Assembly: GCF_036321535.1 (NCBI RefSeq)
Contig: NC_087436.1
Coordinates: 84,446,001-84,510,000 of the forward strand
DNA from: Camelus dromedarius
Taxonomy: Eukaryota
Direction: 5' to 3'
Length of the DNA stretch: 64,000 nt
The position numbers and the translations under genes were made by a program. The notes beneath the pieces are model-generated. The model was not told the origin of the DNA and searched no databases. It saw nothing but the letters and a program-made list of their open reading frames with translations. Positions 12,311-25,800 of this stretch are shown here, piece after piece. Within the stretch, counting starts at the first letter, position 1. Every line of letters starts with the position of its first letter.

Positions 12311-14468
12311 GTGTTGGGAAAAAATGTATTGGAAGAGATAAAGTGCATTGTTATTAAACACAGTCACATAATGTAAGTTAAGAAACCGGTGGATACGGGG
12401 AAAATTAGGTTTCTAGATTATTTATCAGTCTTTAAAATGGCCAATAACCTAGGGTGAGTCCCCAGAGCAATAGAGTTTGTTGACATTCTTAAGATTAAAT
12501 GACTAAATAGCCTCTACAGTTTGTAAATAAAGTAGCAAATACCTTAAAACTTGATGATCCCATTACATATATAATCTGTTTACCGGATTTTGCTTTTTTT
12601 TTTCTTCTTGCATGGCCCCAGAAATCCAGCAAGTATGCTGTTCTCTAATGGGGCGAATATATTTATGATTTTCATTCTGTTAATGAAAATAAAATTTTAG
12701 ACAACAAGGATAAATTTTGCAGTAATTCTCTCTAGCAACCACTGGGAAACTGTCAATTAAGAGTGTAAAAATATCTTAATTATGTGGGTATGTGTGGTGA
12801 GTGTAGTAATTTGTCATAAAAAATGGCATTTTCTTTTTTAAGAATATATTTTGTAATCTTGCCCCTTACTTTGATGTCAACTAATTTTAGAGCATAATAT
12901 ATTAATCAGATTGTCCTCATGTGGAAAATTAACTGCTATATGTGTTTTTGAGTTAAAACTGCATTATTTTTGCACATAGACTATAACTTTTTGTTAAAAA
13001 TGCCTTAGTTATAATACATTCTGTAATGTAGGTGATTTGTTATTCATTTGGAGAGAGGGTAGCAGAAAGTTCCCTTCTGCACTAACTGAATCTTGTGAAG
13101 TGGACTCATTCCCATAATTTTAGTACATGCTAAGGAAAGCCTTCCTTATGTTTATATAATGGTCATTTGTGTGTATGAGGAAAGCTTAAAATTTTTATCT
13201 TGTACATCACAAAAAGCTGATATTTACAGAAATGCTTATTAAAAGTACTGTAAGTACTAGAGTTATATTTAAAAAATTTTTATTTAGAAATCATAGCATT
13301 TCCAAATCTTATGGGTGTCAGCAATTATTGGTTCATTTTGCTCTCTTTAGGAATGTTTTATTTTCTCTAATTGATTTTTTTTCTTTTTTTTTCTAATTGA
13401 TATTGATTAAATAACGTGGATGAATCAATAGGTAAATGAGTTCAACTAAGTATATATATATAAATAATTATAATTATTAATAATTAAAATAGACTGTTAA
13501 ATCTTACTTGCTTTGAAATCTGGAAAATAAAGTTTACAGAGGGGAAAATAAACATCACTTTACCTTTGAGGAAATACTAGCATTTGTGAGGGGTTTTTTG
13601 TTCAGTCATCCCTAAAGTTTCTCCAATGAAATCCTGTTTCAGATCTCCTTTTTATATCATATGCATTGAGAAGCCCTGAGAACATTGTGTTTATATAATA
13701 GTTTATTGAGTTTTAATACTATATTTGGAGACTAAATTTAATGAATTTGTTGGCAATTTAAAAATCAAACTAAAGTATGAAGAGCTTTTTGACAATTGTA
13801 AAAGTGACTTGCTGTGACCTCTGTTAAGTATTACATAGTTAGAAGCACAGTTTATATATAGGGAACTGAAACTGATGGATCTAGGTAGTTTTTTCTCTAT
13901 CAAAGGTTGATTTTGCTTTCACCTAAGTTCAGTTCCTAAAAGCAGACTTTGTTTGCATTAGTCTTTTCAAAGTCATCATACAGGATTTTAACTGCTGTAT
14001 TTTAATCAATCTGTAACAACTGAAGAAAAATGAAAAAATTAAGCATGTGGTGCCTTAAATTTGATTTTACTGGTTAATTTTTAAATGTTATAATCTATTT
14101 CTTTTTTACATTGTGGTATGTTGAGAGAGAATTCTACATTTTTAGTTTCATCCTCATCAATGTGTACCATCCCCCTCCCAGATTTCTTCCAGCTCTGGCA
14201 GGAAGTTAGTTTGACTGTATCAGAATTTCAACCTCATTGTTCAGCAACATTCTCAGCAAAGTTCTCAGCAAAGTTACCATAGACAGTTCATAGTTCAGAG
14301 ATTCTTTAGTTGTGTGTCTTTGATATAGTTATTTTTGTGAGGAGTGATTATATAAAAAGTTTTTCTCTCTCCCCCTCCAACAAACTCCCTAAAACTCCTT
14401 GTCTCCCTTATATTTCTGAATATAGGTAGAGTTCTCTGCTCAGTGATGTTCAGATAAACTTCAGTAAA

Positions 14469-14698
14469 ATGACTCTTCAGGAATTGGTACATCAGGCTGC
14501 CTCCCTTTATTCGGATAAAACAGCTGTATGTTTTGATGAATGTAACAACCAGCCTCCGGTTTATTACACCTACAAGACTGTGGTTAACACTGCTTCAGAA
14601 CTGTCACATTTTCTGCTGTTACACTGTGACTTTCAAGGAATTCGGGAAATTGGTCTCTACTGTCAACCTGGGATAAACTTACCCTCTTGGATTTTAGG
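14469..14698 (+). CDS. AASDH: AASDH exon 2 (first coding; exon starts ~14426)
   Basis: ATG at 14469, MTLQELVHQAASLYSDK...PSWILG; donor GG|gtaata. Confidence 0.94.
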
Positions 14699-17600
14699 GT
14701 AATATTTTTTAGAACTAAAAATTCGGTATCTTAAAAGTAAGATTGCTTTCAACAGCTATTCTATGCTGACTCTGTATTTTGTTTCTTTAGAATTCTCCAG
14801 GTCCCTGCTGCTTATGCACCTATTGATCCAGATTCACCACCAGCATTATCAGTTCATTTTATTAAAAAATGTGATCTAAAGTATGTCCTTGTTGAAAAAC
14901 AGCAAATTAATGTAAGTGTGGGTATTTAAATTGTTTTTAATGTGTTATACTTACCTTTCAGTTGAAGGGGTCCCATCCCCTGTCTTGATTTCCAGATTCA
15001 CTAACTTGGCGCAGTTTCTCAGTCTCAGCACTGTTGACATTTTGGGTTGGGTAATTGTTGTGAAAAGTGTTCTGTACATTATAGGATGTTTAGCAACACC
15101 CATGGCCTCCACTTAATAGTTGCCAGTAGTACATCCCAGTTATAACATCCAAAATTATTTTCAGACATTGCTAGATGTCTTCTAGAGGCACCCTCCAACC
15201 TGTATGCTCCATTCATTGCGAACCACTGCTCAATGGCATCAACATGTCTTCTAGCCTCGCAATAACGTATTGTGCATTGTTTTGAATTTCTCTTTCCAAA
15301 GTAGTTCCTATAGTAGGAAACTTTTGTAATACTTAATACTTTTATCTTTGTGTATTTATGGCAATTTACAGTGGTCAGCAACATTAAAGAATTATTTCCA
15401 AGCTTAGATTTGAAAAAGAGATTGACACTTAGACCTTTCTGGAAAGCTAAATTTATTACTTCCTTACTTGTAAGTGACTGCCAACCAAAGATCTAGCCAA
15501 GAAACACTGCTTAAGGGGCAAGAGTTGATGTTATGTGTTAAGCAAGAAACAGCACATGTTTCATTATTATTTCTTTGTTCCCTGTTTATGAAATACTGTT
15601 TTAACCAAAGAGAAGACACTATAGAAGGTATTTTCAATTTAGCCTGTTATTACCCATTTCTTGTATGAACCATATAGGTAACTTAAATGCATTCCACCTA
15701 CTATGTGTGTATATGTGTGTGCATCTATATCTATATGTAGTAAGATGATTCAAGGACTTGAGATACATGGAGGACTTCCTAGAGAATCATGGATTTTAGA
15801 GGAAGGCCTCTGGAAAGGGACAACTAAAGTATTAACTAATAAATATTTTCTAAATACACATATATTAGTATCTGGCCACAGTTTTCTTTCCCTTAGATTG
15901 GTTATTTGTTGACAAGTAAGCAAAACTAAAAAGGGGATGTGATATTCATTTTTTAAACAACCTTGGTGAAATTTTTATAGTCAAGGTGGTTAGGTGTGAG
16001 AATTAATTAATCAAGCTATTCTTTATAACTTCATATAGGAAGGAGTTGGATACATAGCAAACCCCACAGAAAGTATGTTGCTTCCTATTCCGTGACTTCG
16101 ATGATGGTATAGGTGTTCTTCCTTCACTTAACACAGAAACAATCAGGAAGTATTTGTTGAGCATCTACTGTATGCTCAAGATCCACTAGAGCAATGGTTC
16201 CCAGCTGGGCGTGATTTTGCCTCATAGGAGACGTTTGCATTGTCTGGAGGTAATTTTTATTGTCATGACGGAAAAAGGGTGCTGCTGGCATCTAAAAGGT
16301 AGAGGTCAGGGATGCTGGTAAAAATCAGCAGACAGTCCCCACAAAGATTTATCTCATCCAAAATGTCAGTAGTGTTGAGACTGAGAAACCCTGCATCAGT
16401 GACAGGGTGTTTGGGAAGGCACTGGTATGTGAAAGTAACCTAAGACATGTTTTTTGCCCTCCATTTGCTTATGTAGTTGGAGAGAGAAGGTAGTATTCCT
16501 AAGTCTACATAGTGTGATATTCCCCTAAGAGAAATATATGCAATCTAGTAGATAGGGGAAAATTTTAATGGAGGAGAATGGTTTTTGAGCCATGTCTTAA
16601 GAATATGTGAGCCCTTAATTTTTTTGACATTACGGGACATACCACACCCTTCACCTGATACACACAGAACAAATACAAAACCCTGCTGGCTCCTGGAGTT
16701 TGACCTTTTCCTCTCATTTATACTTATTTCTTTATTGTGAATTCTTTTTATGTTTCATTAAGTTGCTGCTTATCAACCTAAAAAGATATATTCAAAGGAA
16801 AGTTCTGTATTAATCTTTCCATCCATTAGATAACTGAGCCAGAAACTCAGCAGTCTTCTTAGGCTCACTCCTTACCCAGAAGTCATCAAGCTTTGTTGAT
16901 TCTTTGTTCATAGAACCTTTCTGTCCGCTTCTGTTGCAGTGGACTAGTTCAGGCCCATATAGCGTATCTGGGTTGTTAGGAAAGTTTCATTTAAGGTGCT
17001 CAGTTTTTAGAGTCTTGCATATCAGTTTCTCCTTGATAGGCAAAGTTTAGTTTATGCCATTGCCACCTTCAGTTGGATCCCATCACTTACAGGTTAAGGT
17101 CTAAACTCCTTACTTAGTGTTGACTGTGCAGTTATTAAGGATTAGCATCTCATCTCCAATCAATAACATGACTCACCTCTCTCTCCTCGAGTTCTGCAGC
17201 TTACTATTTTCCATAACACCAGCTTTGTCAGGTCAGATACTCTGTGTGATGGTTTGTCTAAAGTACCCCTCTTCTTTGTTTGGAGAATAGCTACTTAAAA
17301 CACAAACATTACACATGAAGAGTCAGTCTCTGACTTTCAGGTGTAGTTAAGTTTAGCCTTCTCTGTCCCCATTCACATTTAAAGCATATTTCATTATTGC
17401 ACTTACACATTGCACTGTAGATGTTTGTTTTAATGTCTCTTTATTTTAAAGATGAGTCTGAAAATAATGACAGCACTTTGCTCTTGGAGGTTTCTCACTT
17501 CTCTTTTTATCCCTGGATACACAGCAAGTACAGTTGACCCTTGCACAACATGGGGGTTAGGGGTGCGGACTCCTAAGCAATGGAAAATCCACCTATAACT

Positions 17601-20600
17601 TTACAGACAGCCCCTGGTATGCGGAGTGCCACATCCCCAGATTCATCCAGCCTCGGATCAGGTAGTACGTGCTTGTTGAGAAAAACCCACATGTAAGTGG
17701 ACCTGTGCCATTCAAACCCATGTTCAAAGGTCAACTGAACTGTACTAAAAAACAAAAAAGCCATGTTGAATGAGTAAATGAATACTTCATATCCTGTATA
17801 AAAAAGAATCTCTTTTAACAAATTAATATTGTGAACTTTGTTCCCTGTTTCACATAGAAATTCAGATCTTCCTTTGAAACATTATTAAACTATGATACGT
17901 TTACAGTAGAACATAGTGACCTAGTACTCTTCAGACTTCACTGGGAAAATGACGAAGTGAGCTTGATGCTAAATGATAGAAAAGAGAAATATGAAAAAGG
18001 AAAAATGACGAAGAGCATGAATTCTGAGAACCGCATGGAAGAGAAGTCAGACGAGCACATGGATGTGAGGCTCCAGCACTGCTTGGCCTATGTTCTCCAC
18101 ACATCGGGCACAACAGGGACACCTAAGATTGTCCGAGTCCCTCATGCATGTATCGTGCCAAACATCCAGCATTTTCGGTAAGTTCTGTCCTTAGAATTCT
18201 TCTTCAGAACTTGTATTTTAAAGTGAAAAAAGAATTTAGAAACATCTTTCTTTATAACTCTTGTTCCTGAATTGATAGTGCCGAGTAATGAGTCTCTTGT
18301 TTCAGCTGCGTCTGAACTTTAGTTCTCAACAGAACAGGGCTTTCTTTACCTGTTTGATCCAAACCTGGAGCCAAACAACAAACAAATGATAAAGTTGGAA
18401 GCTTTGCTTCTTAATTATTAATAAGAAGGGAAGAAACATTCCTGGCAGAGGTACCAGCAGAAGTGTGGGAAAAAGAAGGAATTCGGCCTCCTAGTGTGCA
18501 TTGAGGCTGAGCTGCAGCGTGGAAGGGTGGGGGTCCTATGACCTGAGGGGGCAGGAGCCTGCTATGCCCTGTTGAAGAGTTTGGACTTCATCCAAAAGAT
18601 GACAAGGAACATTAAAAAAATTTGCATTTCATTAAGTTTACTCCTGTAGCATTGTTGACTTTGCTTTTGCTCTTACGGTTGGAAGATGAGACGTCTCTAT
18701 AAAGTTGAAATTCTCAACTTTCAAAGAAAGAAGGAAATAGAGGAGGAAGGAAACCAAAGGAGAGTAGCCTTAGGAAATCAAAGGAGGAAACAAATAGAAA
18801 CCTCATGAGACACATGTAATGTTATGTCATTGTAGGTTTTTTGTAATTAAAAATTTTATAGTTACCATATTTAAAAAGTGAAATTAACTTTAACAAAATA
18901 TCTTATTCTGTATACCTAAAATATTTTAATATGTAATCAGTATAAAAATTATTATGCCCAGGGCTGAAGACATTACAGACTAGAGATAGAGAATAATAAG
19001 AGATAAGGAAATGGAGATTTAAAAAATGTGAAGTATTGTTTTCTAGAAAGAAGTTTTAATGGAAGAGAAAGAATTCTGGGAGGGTGTAGTTTTTTACTTT
19101 TGTTTTTAGATGGGAGAGGTTTATAGGCTAAGGGTAGAGAATTGGTAGAGAGGATTGGTTTGAAAAATCAGGTAGTAATGTGGTAAAGGAGGAACATATT
19201 TTGAGATGGGAGGAGATGATATTTATAATACTGGGTGGGAATACCTCTTTAGAGAGCCTTGGAAAGATGAGGCTGTCATCTTTTTATAATAAATTACATA
19301 AATTTTTTATGATTAACAAAAGTATTCATATACATATGGAAACTAACAAAAGAAATAGCTAGCTCATTATAAGGGAAGCAAACTTTTACCTTTGTTGAAG
19401 AAAATTCAATTAATAATTGATTTAAGAAGAAAATTTAATTAATAATCAAGTTAAGAAGAAAAGAGGGAATTTTATTTGAGCCAAACTAAAGAATATAACT
19501 TGGGAGATAGATTCTCAGAAAGCTCTGAGATCTATTCCACCTGTTAGAAGTCAAAGGCACACTCATACACATTTTCAAGACAAAGGATTGTACATCAAAA
19601 TGACATACATGTGAAAAGGACATACATGTGCATATGTTTGACTGAAACATTATGCTGTACACCAGAAACTGACACAACATTATAAACTGACTATACTTCA
19701 ACAACAACAAAAAGACATGCTGTTACTTTGCATAAAGTTCACCAAAGTCCAGGTAAGCATGTACAAAGTGAGCAGCAAATCATTACGACTCCCTACAGAG
19801 TGGGGAAAGAATGCTATTCCTTTAAGAAGTTACATTGCTAGAGTCAGAGAAAGGGGGAAAAATGATCCTTAATGGTGGAGCAGGCACTCCTGTCTTTGAG
19901 GAGGTTTGGTTAGTGTGTAGTGCAGATGCACACTGCACGTTAGGGGAAGAGGGGACAGCCCAGATGGGCAGAATTTTATGTTTAAATTTTCTTGTCCTGC
20001 CTTACAATGTAAATTTTATTTCATCACCTTTTACCCTCTTAGGGTTCTTTTTGGCTAGGCCTGAGAATTAGATTGACAAAAGAAAGATCAGCAAGAGAAA
20101 AGCATACAAATTTATGTAATACAAGTTTTATGTGATTCAGGATCCTTCATAAGGAATGAAGACCAAAGAAATGTCAAGGCTTGATATTAGGTTAAACAGA
20201 GAAGCAGTTGTGGAAAAGTGACTAAACTTAATGTGGGGAGGCTAAAGGAAGATAAGAATTATTTTAACAAGGTCTGTTTGTATAGAATTCTCTTGGTTTC
20301 ACATTCTTATCCTTGATGATAAGAACATCGTCCTTCTGGGTAAAGGGAAGACATTCCTATGGGAATTTCGTCTGCTTTTATGAAAAAAGAAAGATCAGAG
20401 TGTTTTTCTTGTATTTGTTTTTCAAGTGCCTTTAACTCAAAATAGTCTAGATGCCAGAGCATATTTTGGGGTGGCATGTTCTGAATTGCATTATTAAATG
20501 GTTCAAGTTAGGGGCTTATCTACCTAACTTAGTAGGGGAAAGGGAAGGGAAGAAAAGGCTTCTGTGAGAAATCAAATAAGTTTCTTTAGGAAAGACAGAA

Positions 20601-22787
20601 GGAGATAAGAAACTCATAATGTTGGTCTACGCAGGTGAGAAGAGTTTTCTTCATGTCTTCAGGGCCATAAAAATCCCCTGTAGAGGGAATTTATGGTAGG
20701 TTAACTCTTGATGTACTTTCTGGGAGTAAAAGTCACTCTGAAGACGGAATTTATGACAGTCTCATTCCCCAGAAGTTTCTGCTATCAGTCAGATAAGGGA
20801 ATCTCCAAGAAGACTTCTTTCTGCATCTGTTAAATCCAAAATGTTTTCAGCTTAAAATAATCTTACCAACCCTGGATTTCCAAGTGGGTCCCCACATGAC
20901 CATACTTGGAGATATTTTGAAGTTAAGGTAATCCCTGCTTTTAGATAGAGTAGGGTTTGTGTCTTTAAACTGAAGCAGTGACATTGGCTCAACACTGACC
21001 ATTTGTGCTCTATAAATTCTAACCACATATATTCTGTTCTGCTCTTTGTTGAGATCCTGAGAGAAAATGTCAAATGGTGGGAAAAGGGAGTCAGAGGTCT
21101 ATATTAAGCATCATTAAATAAGTAGTATAGAATAATTCAAGATTCTACCAGAAAAACAGAACCAGGAGGCTACATCAGGGATTTATTACAAGGAATTGGC
21201 TTACACTTGTCAGGGCTGGCTAAGCAAAACTGAAGTCCATTGGGTAGACGATCAGGAAGAGATCATCATGAACAGACTGGAGCTCCCTGAGCATATGCTT
21301 GTCCACAGGCAAGTCAGGAAAGAGGATCGGAGGAAGGGGGAGTAATTGCTAATCCAGCTGCTGTTGGGAGTCTCTTTAGAGAAAGCCTGAACACTCTGAA
21401 AGGCCTTCCAGCTAAGTAAATCCAGCCAACCCAGGATAACCTCCTTTTTGATTAAAGTCAGCTAATTAGGGACTTCAGTCACATCTACAAAATCCCTTCA
21501 CAGCAGCACCTAAATTAGTGTTTGATTGAATAACTGGGAGAAGGCATGTGTGCTACAGAATGACAGCTGCCCCTCTTCTGTCCTCCAGCTGTCAAGAGAG
21601 AATATCCTTGTCTTCTACCCTAACAGAAACATACTAGAAAGGAAACTAGAGACTGTAGTTCAGGCCGGCCAAGTTGACATATCAGAAGACCATCAAGTAT
21701 AAAATATAAAATGGTAAAAAAAAAAAAGTGGATATTGCTTTAAATGGCTTTTAATCCTTACGTTTAGGGAGTAGAGTTCTAGATTTAATAGCACCATTTT
21801 GGTTAATCTAAGAAGAATAAAATTTGGCTAACATCTGGAAACTTAATGGCCATAAATTTTTTTTAGGATTATTTGTTTACTAAATGTTAAGCATTTCTCA
21901 TAATTACATTCTGTTTTGGTCTTAGGGTGCTGTTTGAAATCACACACGAAGATGATTTGTTTCTGGCTTCACCTCTGACTTTTGATCCTTCTGTTGTGGA
22001 AATATTTGTTGCTCTATCAAGTGGTGCCTCTCTGCTTATTGTACCAACTTCTGTCAAAGTGCTCCCATCAAAGTTAGCTGCTGTTCTCTTTTCCCATCAC
22101 AGAGTGACTATTTTGCAGGTACATTTTATGAACAAATGAAGCATTTTGTCTTTTATTGTTCAACATGTTAAGTGTGTTAGAGAATATTTTATATTCTTAT
22201 AATTTTTTAATGGATTAGTGATAATCTAGTTAGATTATCAAGGGCTGTCTCCTGGTGATGTCACTTTTTGTTTGAGAATGAAAAAAATCAGTTCATTCTG
22301 TCTAGAAAATTCTTCTACTGTGCATTTTGTACATACTGTAATAACTAAAGGAACTTGACTTTTACCCAGATCTGTTGGGATACGCCTCTCCTTTGTAAAG
22401 TTTTAAGTTCATTGCATTTCCCCCTAAAGGCTGGTTTAAGTAAGTTAAATTATAATTGAGTTAGAAATTTAGATTTTCTGATTTTTATATTAGTATATTT
22501 TATGTTAACCTACAAAAACAAGTATTTTTTAAGTTTGGCATTTTTAAAGATTTAAAAAATATGTATCTGAAAGTATGTGATTGATACACAGGCTTTAAGA
22601 TACTACATTGCAAGTGGTTATTAATACTAGAGAGAGTTAATAAAATTATATGCATATCATGATAAGTTTAAAATATCAGATTTTTAAGTGGTATAATGAG
22701 ACTTGAGAGGATGTTAAATTTCTGCCCCAGAGAGAAAATTTGATGCAACTGACTTTCTTTTTAGGCAATGTGTTTTTCATCCTATAA

Positions 22788-22831
<44 letters not shown>

Positions 22832-25800
22832 ATCTATGTATATGTATATGTAAATAAAATGTGTATAGGAGTATGTCTTCCTGGGTATCAGTGGTATAAA
22901 TTCTCATCTGTTGGTGAAGTATTCTGTGAATCTGGCTAAGATTTTAATATAAGTTTTACTTTCTTATAAAATTCAGGAAATATTTGCAAAGTACCTAGAT
23001 TTGAGTGATGGTTACTAAAGGAAAAGAGACTTTCCTTCTATGTCAGATTAGTGAATTATACCTCTCTAAGTCTGATCTCCTTGCTTAATGTTTTAGCACA
23101 ATCTCAAGCAGGTGTTCCTGTGTCTTCTAAGGAGGTCTGGTTAATGTAGAATGCAGGTGCACATTACACACTAAAAGGGGTGGGTATTGGAGCCAAAATG
23201 GGCAGAGAGTGAATTTTATGTTTAAAAAATTTTTTTCTTTTTGTCCTTAAAAATAGTTTTATTTCATCAAATGTGAGTAAGTGGGATTTGTCCCAGGAAT
23301 GCACATTTGATTTAACATCCAAAAATCCATTGATGCTATACACTACATGAAGAATAATGGACAAAAAATATGTAATTATGTCAACAAATGCAGAAAAAAT
23401 TATTTTGCGTAATCCAACATCAGTGATTAAAAAAAAAACTCAACAAACCATGAATAGAAGGGAACTTCCCCAGTATGATGAAGGACATCTACAAAAAGGC
23501 CACAGCTAACATCATTATTGGATGAAAGACTGAATGCTTTCACCCTAAGATTAGGAACAAGGCAAGGATGTTCGCTTTTTCACTTCTCTTCAACATTATT
23601 CTGGTTGTTCCAGCCAGTGCAGTAAGGCAAAAAGGAAGAAAGAAATTAAGCACCCACATTGGACAGGAAAAAGTAAAAATCTCTATTTGCAGACAACATG
23701 GGGGAGCTACTAGAACTAATAAACAAGTTTTAGCAAGGTTGGAGGATACAAGAGCAATATGCAAAATCAACTATATTTCTACATAATGGGAAAAAACAAA
23801 AATGAAATTAAGAAAATAATTATATTCACAATAGTATCTAAAATAGGAATAAATTTAAAGATGAACGAGGCTTGTACAATGAAAGCCTACAGGGCATTGT
23901 TGATAGAAATTAAAGAGCTAAATAAATGAAGACACATTTCATGTTTATTAATTGGAAGTCTCAATATTGTCAAGATTGCAGTTCTCCTCAAATTGGTCTA
24001 TAAATTAAACATAGTCCCTATCAAAATCCTGGTAGACTTTTTTGGAGCAGAAATTGACAAGGTGATCCTAAATTTTACATGGGAATGCAAAAGCTAGTCC
24101 TGATCTGTACAATGGAATAAAAAGTCCTATGGTCTGAGTGTTTATGTCCTCCCAAAATTCATATGGGTCCTTTGGGAATGCTTAGGTCATGAGATTGGAG
24201 CCCTCATGAATGGGATTTAGTGCCCTTGTAAAAAAGGAGCCCACAGAGATCCTTAGCCTCTTCCACCCTGTGAAGACACAGCAAGAAATCTGAAGCCTGG
24301 CACCCCAGTCTTGGACCTCCGTCCTCTAAGAACTGTGAGGAATACATTTCTGTTGTCTATAACCTACCTAGTCTATAGTGTTTTCTTTTAGTAGCCTGAA
24401 CAGACTAGGACAAAGAAGAGTGAGCTATTGATACGTACAACATGAACCATAAAGTATTTTTACTCAGCATAGAGTAAAAGAAGCCAGGTCAAAACAGGAT
24501 ACATATTGTATGATTCTATTCTTATAAAATTGTAGAAATTGTCAGCTGATCATTAGTGACAGAAAATAGATCAGTGGTTGTCTAGAGAAGGGGTCCAGTT
24601 GGAGAGAAGAAGTACAAATAGTACATAAGTGATTTTAGGGTTGAAGGATACATACATTATCTGGATTGAGGGGATGGTTTCACCAATCTTATATCTCAAA
24701 ATTTGCATTGTACACTCTTAAGTATTTGTAGTTTATTGTATATCAATTATATTATCTTGATAGAGGTTTTTTTTTAAATCTTTATTCACTTTGTTTTGTT
24801 TAGGCACTTTTTTTAACCCTTTTATATACTTTGTTTACATAGAAATAATGGAAAAGGAAATGTAAATTGATTTATGGATTTTGTCCTTTTGATCTTTAAG
24901 TTTCTTTGTCTAAACTATAATGAAACAATATTTTGCTTAAGTTTTTTGCTAAAGCAAAATTTATATCCACATTAAAAAGATAATGCTGCTTCAGTAGTTT
25001 TTCAAATATGATTTGCCATTTAGTAAACACAGCCTTAATTTCCATGTGAACTCTCATTGTTAAGCTTTGAACTAATCATTACATTGTTCATTTTTTTAAA
25101 GAAGTGAAGAGAAAGAAATAATTTGTTTTTAATATATCTGTAGGCAACACCGACACTGCTTAGAAGATTTGGATCTCAGCTTATCAAGTCAACTGTTTTA
25201 TCAGCCAATACTTCCCTTCGAGTATTAGCCCTTGGTGGTGAAGCATTTCCATCGTTAACTGCTCTCAAAAGCTGGAGAGAAGTAGGCAATAAAACTCAAA
25301 TTTTTAATGTTTATGGTATTACAGAGGTGTCAAGTTGGGCAACTTTTTACAGAATTCCAGAGAAGATTCTTAACTCTACTTTGAAGTAAGTAAGGGTTTC
25401 AGTTACTAAATTAGGTAGAGAGAAACTGTATTTTTCTAGTATCTTAATACAAATATTGTTTTTTATAGGGACTGGGGTAATTATTTTAGAAACACAAATA
25501 TTTTATCTTGAATTTTAAGCTGGGAATTCAGAACCTTCCTTATAACTGGTACTACAGATCCTGCTAGAACTTTTTGTAACTAAACAGCAATAAATAACAC
25601 GATAGCCTTTCCACCTAACCTTTAACTCTTAGCAGTCTTTGAATTGTAGCATAGCAAAACATTTTTTTTTCTTTATTTGGTTCAGTGTGATTTAAATACA
25701 TTGGGAAATACTCTATTCAAATGAAAAATTTTAAATCTGGTTTGGGTTGTTGTGTTTTCATAGATGTGAATTGCCTGTACAGCTGGGATTTCCACTGCTT

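Noticed and set aside
14240..14275. Short tandem duplications (ttctcagcaaag x2 here; tgtgattattag x2 near 43965-43990)
   Set aside because: Ordinary slippage events in non-coding DNA with no sign of function.
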